The notes beneath the pieces are model-generated. The model ran no database searches. It saw only the letters and a program-made list of their open reading frames with translations, and was not told the origin of the DNA. This document shows, one piece after another, positions 9,387 to 17,370 of a DNA stretch of 56,602 nucleotides. Source of the stretch: Acidimicrobiales bacterium. GTDB lineage: Bacteria; Actinomycetota; Acidimicrobiia; Acidimicrobiales; RAAP-2. The stretch is taken from positions 1 to 56,602 of the forward strand of contig JASHYA010000322.1 in the NCBI GenBank assembly GCA_030043315.1, written 5' to 3'. A program made the translations under genes and the position numbers. How positions within the stretch are numbered: position 1 is the stretch's first letter; each line of letters starts with the position of its first letter.

Positions 9387-10511
9387 TCATCGCCCGCCTG
9401 GAACGCCGCCGAACACGACGACGGGACGGAGCTGCTCGCCCCGCTCGGCCGAGTCGATTGCCTCGTTGATGCGCTCCAGCTCGACACGCTCTGAGATCAA
9501 CTCGTCCAGCTTGAGCCTCCCTTGGCGGTACCACTCGACGAAGCGCGGGATGTCGCGGCGCGGGTCCGAGTCGCCCATCTTGCTGCCGAGGATGCGCAGA
9601 CTGCCGTCCGCCACAGCAACCGGGTCGAGCCTGACCTGCGTGCCCTCGGGCGGGATACCCACGACCACGAGCGTCCCACCACGACCGAGCATGGCCGCAC
9701 CCTGCTCGACGAGGCGGGGGATCCCTGCTGCGACGAACACGTGGTCCGGCCCCCGTCCGGCGGTGAGCCGTTCGACTGCGCGCGGGGCGTCCTCGACCGA
9801 GGTGTCGACCGTCGAGGTGGCGCCGAAGTTCTTCGCGACCTCGAGCTTGCGGGCGACGAGATCGATGGCGACGACCGGCTCGGCTCCGGCGATGGCCGCT
9901 CCCTGCACGCAGCTGAGCCCGACGCCACCTGCGCCGAGCACGACGACGCTTTCCCCCTCCTTGACCCTCGCCGTGTTCAGGACCGCGCCAACGCCCGTCA
10001 TCACCCCACATGCAAGAAGGCTCGCCACCTCGAGGTCGAGGTCGGGCGGGATGCGCACCACTTGCGACGCGTGCACCGTGACGAGCTCCGAGAAGGATCC
10101 GGTGCGCATCGCCTGGTGGACGGGCTCCCCGTCCGCGCTCCGCAACACCGGCTCACGGTCGTCCGGTGAGCCCTCGCAGAGCGCCGGCCGCCCCTCACGG
10201 CAGCGACGGCAGGCCCCGCAGGATCGTATGAGCGTGGCGACGACATGGTCGCCGGGTTCGAGCCCCCTCACGCCTGATCCGAGCTCCTCCACGACCCCAG
10301 CGGCCTCGTGACCAAAGACGGCGGGGAGCACGCCGCCCCAGGCGCCCGCCGAGTAGGCGATGTCGCTGTGGCAGATGGCGCAAGCCTTCACACGGATGAG
10401 GAGCTCGTCGCCGAGCGGAGCCCGGACGGAGAGCTCCTCGATCACGAGCGGCTCGCCGAAGCTCCGGCAGACGGCCGCCCGTGCTTGTCGTGCCGGGGCA
10501 TTCGTGCTCAT
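9387..10511 (-). CDS. Zn-dependent alcohol dehydrogenase, class III / mycothiol-dependent formaldehyde dehydrogenase-like
   Basis: Catalytic Zn motif ACAICHSDIAY...GHEAAG, structural Zn cysteines C..C..C, and Rossmann motif GAGGVGL. The C-terminus YRQGRLKLDELISERV resembles class III ADHs. ORF 9387..10997 was trimmed to the ATG at 10511. Confidence 0.85.
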   Translation of the reverse strand: MSTNAPARQARAAVCRSFGEPLVIEELSVRAPLGDELLIRVKACAICHSDIAYSAGAWGGVLPAVFGHEAAGVVEELGSGVRGLEPGDHVVATLIRSCGACRRCREGRPALCEGSPDDREPVLRSADGEPVHQAMRTGSFSELVTVHASQVVRIPPDLDLEVASLLACGVMTGVGAVLNTARVKEGESVVVLGAGGVGLSCVQGAAIAGAEPVVAIDLVARKLEVAKNFGATSTVDTSVEDAPRAVERLTAGRGPDHVFVAAGIPRLVEQGAAMLGRGGTLVVVGIPPEGTQVRLDPVAVADGSLRILGSKMGDSDPRRDIPRFVEWYRQGRLKLDELISERVELERINEAIDSAERGEQLRPVVVFGGVPGGR

Positions 10512-10722
10512 GGACGTCGGTGCCTCGGTTCCTCCGCGTCCGGATACGGCGCTCGACTCGCGGCGGCGCGTTTGGGGCTGCCAGACAGTAGCTTCCCGAG
10601 CTTCCCGCTCGGGGGCCGGCCACGTCCGCCCCCGTGAGGTGGAGAGCCGCGTACGCAGGGGGTTCGCGGCGAGCGGCGGTCGAGCTGCAGGAGCCGTCAC
10701 CCAGACGGCGTTCACGAGACCC

Positions 10723-10787
10723 ATGCAGCACCTATGCAGCATCCGGCAACTCACGACGAGCCCCAGCTGTAGAGGAACCAGCAAGCG
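10723..10787. repeat. two pairs of 8-bp direct repeats with 11-bp spacing in the divergent promoter region
   Basis: ATGCAGCA at 10723 and 10734. CAGCAAGC at 10769 and 10780. They lie in locally AT-richer intergenic DNA. Confidence 0.6.
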
Positions 10788-10833
10788 GGCAGCAAGCAGG
10801 GAGAGCCCAGGTTCAACTACTGTTAGCAGACGC

Positions 10834-10848
10834 GATTCATGGTGAATC
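10834..10848. promoter_or_regulatory. perfect inverted repeat GATTCA-tgg-TGAATC, candidate operator
   Basis: 6-bp arms with a 3-bp spacer. It lies immediately upstream of the SD (GGAGGAGGGAAG) and the ATG at 10872 of the binding-protein gene. Confidence 0.3.
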
Positions 10849-10871
10849 TGGCCATGGAGGAGGGAAGTGGC

Positions 10872-12602
10872 ATGGTACGTAGCGCAGACCAGCCCGGGCT
10901 CGACCACGAGCGACTCGATCCGCTTCGCCGCAACAGGGGACCCATTGCCGAGCATTACATCGACGAGCTCGTCGCGGGGCGCCTCTCGCGCCGTCAATTC
11001 CTCCGATACGGGTCAGCGGTCGGACTTTCGATCCCCCTTATGCACAAGATGCTCGGGGCGTGGCCCGGCTCGTCGTCGAGATCGGCCGAGACCTTGACCA
11101 GTCCCTTGCGCAGCGCCGCGGGCAAGGCGGGCGCGACCATTCGTGCGGGCATACAGGTGCCATCAGGCGCGATCGACCCGATCACGATCGATGACGAGGG
11201 CGCTCTCGAGGTCCTCGGAAACATCGGAGAGTTCCTCGTCTTCACCGATCAGCAGAACAACTACCACCCTTGGCTCGCCACGAGCTGGAGCGCGAACGCG
11301 GACGCCAGCGTCTGGACGTTCAAGATTCGCAAGGGCGTGAAGTTCAACGACGGCACCCCCATGACCGTCGACGATGTCATCTACAGCTTCAAGAGCCAGT
11401 GCACATCGAAGAGCTCCGCCAACGCCCTGTCGGTGTTCGGCGGAACGCTCCTGCCCGACGGCGTCGTAAAGGTGGACACAACAACGGTCGCCTTCCACCT
11501 TGTGCAGCCCGACGGCGGCTTCATCGACGCTGTCAGCGAAGACAACTACAACATGGTCATCGTCCCGAACAACTTCGACTTCTCGAAGTACCAGACAACG
11601 ATGCCGGGCACGGGACGGTTCAAGATGAAGAGCTACACGACGAGCGTGGGCGCCGTTCTCGTGCGCAACCCGTACTACTGGGGGACGCCGGCGTTGCCGT
11701 CGGAGGTCCACATGACCTTCTACCCGACCACAACGCCCATGGTCGCCGCCCTCGAGTCGGACAGCATCGACTGCCTGGACCAGTTCGCGGTGACGACAGC
11801 TCCGCAGCTGCTGGACGGCAGCTACACCGTGATCAGCATCAAGGCTGCCACCCACCGCGAGCTCTCCATGCGCACCGACATCTCGCACTTCAAGAGCAAG
11901 TACGTCCGCCAAGCCATCGCCTACACCCTTGACCGCCCCGCGATCGTGAGCTCGCTGTTCAAGGGTAAGGCCGAGGTCGGCAACGACAATCCTTTCGCTC
12001 CAGTGTTCAAGTCGACGGTGGGCCCGCCCGGCGTCCCGCAGCGCAAGCAGAACCTGAAGCTCGCCAAGGAGCTCCTCGCCAAGGCGGGCGTGAGCCGCGG
12101 TTTCAAGGCGACGCTCTACACCGAGACGGTCCAGGAGATGCCCCACTTCGCAGAGATCGTGAAGGCGTCGGCGGCGCAGATCGGCATCGACATCACCCTC
12201 GTCATCACGACATCGTCGAAGTACTTCGGGACAGGTGTCATCGGGAAGTCGAACTGGCTGGACGGTGAGATGAGCCTCGTGACATACGGCGCGCGAGCGG
12301 TCCCGAACGTCTACCTCGAGGCACCGCTGCAGACGTACAACCCGAGGACGGGTACGGGCGAATGGAACGCGGCGCGGTTCAACACATCGAAATACGACAT
12401 CCTCTCGAAGGAGTTCATCGCAGCCGTCGACCTGTCGAAACAGCGGAGCATCGCCAAGCAGATCGAGACCCTGCTGCTCGACGAGACGCCCATAATCTAC
12501 GCCTACTTCTACGACTACCTCTCCGCCACGCAGAAGGACGTGAAGGGCGTCTACCCGACTGCAGAGGGCCAGTTCTTCCTCTGGAACGCCTCGAAGACCT
12601 GA
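10872..12602 (+). CDS. ABC transporter substrate-binding protein, family 5 (peptide/opine/nickel type), TAT signal
   Basis: Twin-arginine signal SRRQFLRYGSAVGL and a family-5 SBP body. The third ATG of ORF 10839..12602 was chosen because GGAGGAGGGAAG lies 6-9 nt upstream. Confidence 0.85.
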   Translation: MVRSADQPGLDHERLDPLRRNRGPIAEHYIDELVAGRLSRRQFLRYGSAVGLSIPLMHKMLGAWPGSSSRSAETLTSPLRSAAGKAGATIRAGIQVPSGAIDPITIDDEGALEVLGNIGEFLVFTDQQNNYHPWLATSWSANADASVWTFKIRKGVKFNDGTPMTVDDVIYSFKSQCTSKSSANALSVFGGTLLPDGVVKVDTTTVAFHLVQPDGGFIDAVSEDNYNMVIVPNNFDFSKYQTTMPGTGRFKMKSYTTSVGAVLVRNPYYWGTPALPSEVHMTFYPTTTPMVAALESDSIDCLDQFAVTTAPQLLDGSYTVISIKAATHRELSMRTDISHFKSKYVRQAIAYTLDRPAIVSSLFKGKAEVGNDNPFAPVFKSTVGPPGVPQRKQNLKLAKELLAKAGVSRGFKATLYTETVQEMPHFAEIVKASAAQIGIDITLVITTSSKYFGTGVIGKSNWLDGEMSLVTYGARAVPNVYLEAPLQTYNPRTGTGEWNAARFNTSKYDILSKEFIAAVDLSKQRSIAKQIETLLLDETPIIYAYFYDYLSATQKDVKGVYPTAEGQFFLWNASKT

Positions 12603-12620
12603 GCGCCCCAGCAGTTGACC

Positions 12621-12647
12621 CCGGTGCGTTCGAGGCGAACGTGCCGG
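12621..12647. terminator. GC-rich hairpin between convergent genes (possible bidirectional terminator)
   Basis: ccggtgcgttcg-agg-cgaacgtgccgg forms a 12-bp stem (including two G-U pairs) with a 3-nt loop. There is no U-tract. Confidence 0.4.
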
Positions 12648-12660
12648 GCGCGCTGCGGCC

Positions 12661-14142
12661 TCAGGGTCGCTCCGTCGCCACCTGCCACGCCGGACCCGTC
12701 CCAGGGCCTTGCTCCACCGCGGCGGCGAAGGCCGCCGCCAGGCGCCCACACTCCTCCCCGAGAGGTCGCCGGGACTCGATGGGCTGGATGTGGGCGCGCA
12801 CGAAGGCGAGCACGTCACGCAGCTTGGGGCTCACATCTCGCCCGGTGACGTGGAGGGCCTGCGAGCAGGTTGCAGCGAGCACCGCAAGCACCTCGTCCAG
12901 GCGGGCGGCCACTTCCCGCTCGGACAAGAACGCGATCGGTGCGGTGATGGCGACGTCGTCCTGCTCCGAGGCGGCGACCTCGGCCGGGGAGAGCAACGTG
13001 GGCTGGGCGAGGCGGCGCATCTCCTCTACGGCTTGGTTCGGGACGTATTCGAGGTAGGTGGTCGAGTGGCCGGTCGTGTAGTCGGTCCCAGGGGGCAGCA
13101 AGCGATCGGGAAGCCCTGAGACCGCACCACGGTGCAGCTTGACGATGTGACGTTGGGCGACGGCGGCGAGGTCGACCCACGCCGCCGACACGGCATCGAC
13201 GGCAGGTGCGGCAGCCGCGTCGTGAAAACCACCGGTCGAGAGGACGTCGGCTTCAGCTTGGCCCGTGGGCAGCAGGAACGTCGGATTGCTGACGACCGAA
13301 CGAAGCCCGCACGTCGCCACCTCCTCCAGACCCCACACGGCTCGCCGTGCCTGACCCAGGAGCCGGGGCAGGATTCGGTAGGCGGCCGGGGCGGACCGCT
13401 GCCGCCGTTCGCCGCCGGTGTCCTCGAGCCAGGAGGCCAGGGCTTCCAAGGCGGCCGAGGCGAAGGGGTCCCGCCACAGCTCCCCGAGCCGGGCGTCGCA
13501 CGCGTCAAGCGGGGCCCGAAAGGCCTCTATGGAGAGGGCCAGGCAGCCCTCCACCAGATCCACACGCCGGCGGGCGAAGATGGCGGTCAACCCCGCCATC
13601 GCGTGGGATGCGGGCGACCCGTTGCCCAGACCGGCCGAGAAGCCCTCGCCGGGGAAGATCCCCTCAGGGCCGCCGGTACGAAGGATGAAACGGGGCATGA
13701 GCTCGCCGGCGGCCACCAGCCCGCGAGCCGGCAGGCGGGCGAGCGGGCCGTCGAGGGAACTGGCGATGGACAGAGCCCGAGCCGGATGGGCGGCGGTCGC
13801 GCCCGAGACCAGCATGGGAAGAGAGGCGAGGACGGTGGCCCGGGACACGTACTCGGGGAGCGTTCCGCCCCCGAAGGACAGCCCCAGGAACGGCCGGGGA
13901 CGGCGGCGCCGGGCCTGAGCTTCCTCCAGTCCGTACCGCCGGCCGGCGTCGGGTCCGGCTCCCGTGGTGACCATGTAGATCGCGGAGTGCTCGTGGCGCG
14001 CCACGTGTTCCTGAAAGGCCGCGTGCGCCGCGGCCATGACCTCGAGCGCGCGGGCCGAGAGCCGGACGCCCTCGCCGCCGAGGGCTACGCGCCGGAGACT
14101 GTCCAGGTTGACGTCGGCAGGCCGGTCGATGAGGACGGTCAC
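12661..14142 (-). CDS. aromatic amino acid lyase-family (HAL/PAL fold) protein lacking the Ala-Ser-Gly MIO triad
   Basis: Family blocks: IYMVTTGAG (Tyr loop), AYRILPRLLGQA, VVSNPTF...STGGFH, EQDDVAITAP. The MIO loop reads RGLVAAGELMPRF where HAL has GSVGASGDLAPL. The GTG at 14142 overlaps the upstream stop (GTGA). Confidence 0.8.
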   Translation of the reverse strand: MTVLIDRPADVNLDSLRRVALGGEGVRLSARALEVMAAAHAAFQEHVARHEHSAIYMVTTGAGPDAGRRYGLEEAQARRRRPRPFLGLSFGGGTLPEYVSRATVLASLPMLVSGATAAHPARALSIASSLDGPLARLPARGLVAAGELMPRFILRTGGPEGIFPGEGFSAGLGNGSPASHAMAGLTAIFARRRVDLVEGCLALSIEAFRAPLDACDARLGELWRDPFASAALEALASWLEDTGGERRQRSAPAAYRILPRLLGQARRAVWGLEEVATCGLRSVVSNPTFLLPTGQAEADVLSTGGFHDAAAAPAVDAVSAAWVDLAAVAQRHIVKLHRGAVSGLPDRLLPPGTDYTTGHSTTYLEYVPNQAVEEMRRLAQPTLLSPAEVAASEQDDVAITAPIAFLSEREVAARLDEVLAVLAATCSQALHVTGRDVSPKLRDVLAFVRAHIQPIESRRPLGEECGRLAAAFAAAVEQGPGTGPAWQVATERP

Positions 14143-15608
14143 GGAACGGTTCCCGCGGTGGGCCCGGTGAGGCCGGCACGTCCTGTCGACGCCGCGGGTG
14201 GGAGGGGGAGGGAGCCGGTGACCGCGATGTCCGAGAGAGCCGCCGCCAGCCGCCCCACCTGAGCGCCCCGGTTCGCGGCTCGTGCGGGAGGGACGTAGGT
14301 ACGAACGAACGCGAGCAGGGGTCCCAGCCCGACCGGCGTGGGACGGTCGGTGAGGTCCAGGGCGTGGCTGGCGACCGCAGCCAGGACGGCCAGAGCCCCG
14401 TCGAGCTGAGCCGCGGCCGTCCACAGCCGCTCGGCGGCGACGAACGTCGGCAGGGCGACGTCTTCTTCACCTCCGTAGACCCCTCCCTCGGACGGGGGAA
14501 GGAACGTGCGGGCGGCGGCGTGGCGGGCCCGCTCGCCCAGGCCGACGGGAACGAACCCGAGGAGTCCCGTCGAAGTTCGACCGCCGGGTCCGGCCAGGCG
14601 GTCGGGCAACAGCGACACCGCCCCCCGATGGAGCTTGGTCGTGTGCCGGTCGGCCAGGGTGCAGAGGTCGGCCCACGTGGCCGCCAATGCGGCCATCGCA
14701 GGGTAGGCGGTCGCCGCGAACGAGCCGCCCGTGCTCAGGAGCGTCCCGTGCCCGCGGCCGTCGGTGGGCGGGAGGAAGACCTGATCCAGGGTCACGGCGC
14801 CGAGTGCGGACCGGGCAACGTCGTCGATCTGCGCCGCCGCCCGTCGGGCCTGTCCCAGGACCGGCGGAAGGACCCGATAGCTCACGGGGGCCTGGTAGGG
14901 ACGCCGGTCGGGGCCGGCGCCGGTCAGCCAGCGGTTGAGCCCGCCGAGGGCCTCGGCGACGAAGGGGTCGCCCCAGAGCCTCCCCAAAGCTGGGTCGTAG
15001 GCGGCGAGAGGGGCGGCCATCGCCTCGACGGAGAGCGCGAAGATGCCTTCGGCCAGAGCCAGGCGTCGGTGGGCCTGGAGGGCGGCGTCGGCGGCCAGTG
15101 CCGCCGAGCCGGGCGAACCGTCCAGCAGGGCCACGGCCTCGGCCTCCTGCAGATCGACCTCCGGCAAGCCTCGCAGCAGGTGGGCCAGGACCAACACCTC
15201 GCCCGCTGACGTCGTCCCCGCAACCGGGACCTCCGGCATGGGGCCGGCCAGCATCGAGGCAAGAGCCACGGCCACTTCGGGCCGACATGCGGCGTGCCCT
15301 TCGAGGAGGTCGGCGAGGCGGGCGAACACGATGCCGCGTACGACCCGCTCGGGAAGCCGAGTCTCCCCGAAGCCGTCGTCGGGCGGCCAAGCGGCCCGCC
15401 ACCCGGCGTCCTCGGCCGCCGGCGGAAGGGTGGCCAGCGGGAGATGAGCAACGGCGCTGTGTTCCAGAAGAAATGTGGCGAAGGAGCGGTGGGCGGCGGC
15501 CATGGCCCGACGTGCGCCGTGCGCCACGACCACCGTCTCCTTGTCGAAAGCCACTCGGCGGTAGTGCTCGAGGGTGATGTCGCCGCGATGGCGGACGGTG
15601 ACGGTCAG
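14139..15608 (-). CDS. degenerate aromatic amino acid lyase-family paralogue (no MIO triad, no Tyr loop)
   Basis: Family blocks: SYRVLPPVLGQA, STGGSF, EEDVALPTF. The MIO loop reads AGTTSAGEVLVLAH. The Tyr-loop region reads VAHLPLATL. The only start compatible with the N-terminal homology is CTG at 15608, overlapping the upstream TGA; the next in-frame GTG is about 17 codons downstream. Confidence 0.7.
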   Translation of the reverse strand: MTVTVRHRGDITLEHYRRVAFDKETVVVAHGARRAMAAAHRSFATFLLEHSAVAHLPLATLPPAAEDAGWRAAWPPDDGFGETRLPERVVRGIVFARLADLLEGHAACRPEVAVALASMLAGPMPEVPVAGTTSAGEVLVLAHLLRGLPEVDLQEAEAVALLDGSPGSAALAADAALQAHRRLALAEGIFALSVEAMAAPLAAYDPALGRLWGDPFVAEALGGLNRWLTGAGPDRRPYQAPVSYRVLPPVLGQARRAAAQIDDVARSALGAVTLDQVFLPPTDGRGHGTLLSTGGSFAATAYPAMAALAATWADLCTLADRHTTKLHRGAVSLLPDRLAGPGGRTSTGLLGFVPVGLGERARHAAARTFLPPSEGGVYGGEEDVALPTFVAAERLWTAAAQLDGALAVLAAVASHALDLTDRPTPVGLGPLLAFVRTYVPPARAANRGAQVGRLAAALSDIAVTGSLPLPPAASTGRAGLTGPTAGTVP

Positions 15609-16576
15609 GTTTGGCCCTGGTAGTCGACGACCGGCAGGCCGGCTTCCCGCCAAGCCACGAAACCGCCGTCGAGGTCGGTGGCGCGGGATAGCCCCAGGAA
15701 TTGGAGCTGCCGGGCCACCAGGCTCGAGGCGTAGCCCTCCATGCAGAACACGATGACGTGACGGTCGTAGGCGGCGATCTCGGAGATGCGGGAGGCGCTC
15801 CGGGGATCGAGGCGCCACTCGATCACGTTGCGAGGGATCGCCACCGCGCCAGGGATCTCGCCGGCCGCCTGGCGCTGCTCGACGGGGCGGATATCGACGA
15901 GCACCGCCCCCCCAGCCAAGGCGGTGGCGGCTTCGTGCGGCGAGAGCCGGACCAGGTGGCTCCGAGCCCTGGCCAGCAGCTCGTCGATGCTGTACGAGGC
16001 GGGTTGGCCGGGGGGGGTCGGCTCGGGGGAGTCGGTGGCGGCCGTCTCGACGGCCCCGAGGTCTCCGTCGCTCCACTGCTGATAGAAGGTCATGCTGGCC
16101 AGGGGTGGGGAGTAGGCGTGCAGGCTGACGGCGGGGCCTGGCCCCTCGTTGCCGACCACGTGGACGTAGGCGGCCCCGAAGCTGGCCCCTTCACCCGTGC
16201 CGAGCACCCTGCGGGAGAGCCGCAGCGGGCGGCGGGCGCTGTACCGCTCGACCAGCGATCCCTCCACGACCGTGAACGATCCGGAGGAGCCGCCGTGATC
16301 GTGGAGCCTCGTCTCTTGGGAGACGGCCCAGCCCTGCAGCCAAACGTCGACGTTCGACGCCAGGTGGAGCCGCTTGTACCAGCGGTGCGCAGCGTCGATC
16401 TGCACCACCGGTCGCCAGAGCTGCTCCGCGTGGGCGACGGCGGCCGTGAGGAGGGCCAGAGAGCGTGGAGGGATCCGGGACGAACCGAGTCGCAGGGAGT
16501 CGACGAGCGCGTCGATAGAACGATCGATTCCGCCCGAGCGAGGGTCGGCAACGGTCACCGACATCGAAACGAGCAC
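15605..16576 (-). CDS. cysteine dioxygenase type I (cupin) fused to a rhodanese domain
   Basis: CDO motifs: RLHDHGGSSGSFTVVEGSL and SLHAYSPPL. The C-terminal rhodanese domain reads LVDIRP...VIVFCMEGYAS, with the active-site Cys in CMEGY. The start is GTG at 16576 or ATG at 16564; AAGGAGGGAGG lies upstream. Confidence 0.8.
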   Translation of the reverse strand: MLVSMSVTVADPRSGGIDRSIDALVDSLRLGSSRIPPRSLALLTAAVAHAEQLWRPVVQIDAAHRWYKRLHLASNVDVWLQGWAVSQETRLHDHGGSSGSFTVVEGSLVERYSARRPLRLSRRVLGTGEGASFGAAYVHVVGNEGPGPAVSLHAYSPPLASMTFYQQWSDGDLGAVETAATDSPEPTPPGQPASYSIDELLARARSHLVRLSPHEAATALAGGAVLVDIRPVEQRQAAGEIPGAVAIPRNVIEWRLDPRSASRISEIAAYDRHVIVFCMEGYASSLVARQLQFLGLSRATDLDGGFVAWREAGLPVVDYQGQT

Positions 16577-16651
16577 CTCCCTCCTTGGGACACGAGGATA
16601 CCTCTCGGATCGGCGGAGCTCGACACGCCCGAGCCAGCCGACACAGCCGTC

Positions 16652-17191
16652 TTACTGGCGTCGCAGGCGCCCGTAGTAGGGGTGGGTGACCTCGTCTCTG
16701 TCGTCGATGTGGCGCTGTACGGCTTCGGGCGGCCGTCCCTCGACGGCCTCGGCGATCGCCTGCCCGGCAGCATGTCGGGCTGCTTCCAAGACGGCAGGCT
16801 CGCTCTCGGCCGCGGGGTCCAGGTACACGGAGACCAGGACGGTCGTCTCCTGGTCGGCTTCGAGGTGTCCGACAGCCACCGCGTCGAGCACGGCCCGGGC
16901 TACCCCGACCTGAACTGCGCCGGCGAGCAAGGTCTCCTGCCGTTCGTCCGTGGCGGCGACCTTGTTGACCAGGATCGTGGGTGGGTAGAGGGTCTCGTAC
17001 GAGGGCTGGTCCCGGCCCAGGCAGGCAAGGATGGGCGTGTAGCCGGGCGACGGGGCCGTGAAGGCGGTGATCATGGCGGCGGCCGTGGGGGTCCCCCGGC
17101 GGGCCAGGATCACGTTCAAGTGGACGCCGTTCGGCGCGGTGCCACCCCATCCTTGGGCGATGCGTCCGTCGAGGTCCCGGCCTGCTGCCAT
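16652..17191 (-). CDS. formaldehyde-activating enzyme (Fae) family protein
   Basis: 179 aa. Matches from my memory of Fae: GVHLNVILARRGTP ~ VAHIDLIIGPRGSP, NKVAATDERQ ~ NKVTINDARQ, VARAVLDAVAVG ~ VAMAVQDAVAEG, and a C-terminal THPYY ~ THPF. ATG with a GGAGG SD. Confidence 0.55.
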   Translation of the reverse strand: MAAGRDLDGRIAQGWGGTAPNGVHLNVILARRGTPTAAAMITAFTAPSPGYTPILACLGRDQPSYETLYPPTILVNKVAATDERQETLLAGAVQVGVARAVLDAVAVGHLEADQETTVLVSVYLDPAAESEPAVLEAARHAAGQAIAEAVEGRPPEAVQRHIDDRDEVTHPYYGRLRRQ

Positions 17192-17370
17192 CTTGTGCCT
17201 CCAGTCGCCGCGGTGGTCCTGATCAGCACAGGATGCCAGAGCGGCGGCACAGCAGGCTGGGCCGGTGAACGGCGTGAGCAGGTCGAGGAAGCGGCGGCGC
17301 CTTCAGATCGACTTGACGCTGAAACTCCCCGTCGATCACGCTTCACAACGGTGTCGCCCGAGGCCGTGAC

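Noticed and set aside
11163-12818. 551-aa minus-strand ORF across the binding-protein gene
   Set aside because: Antisense shadow ORF. The plus-strand product has a TAT signal and a family-5 SBP body.
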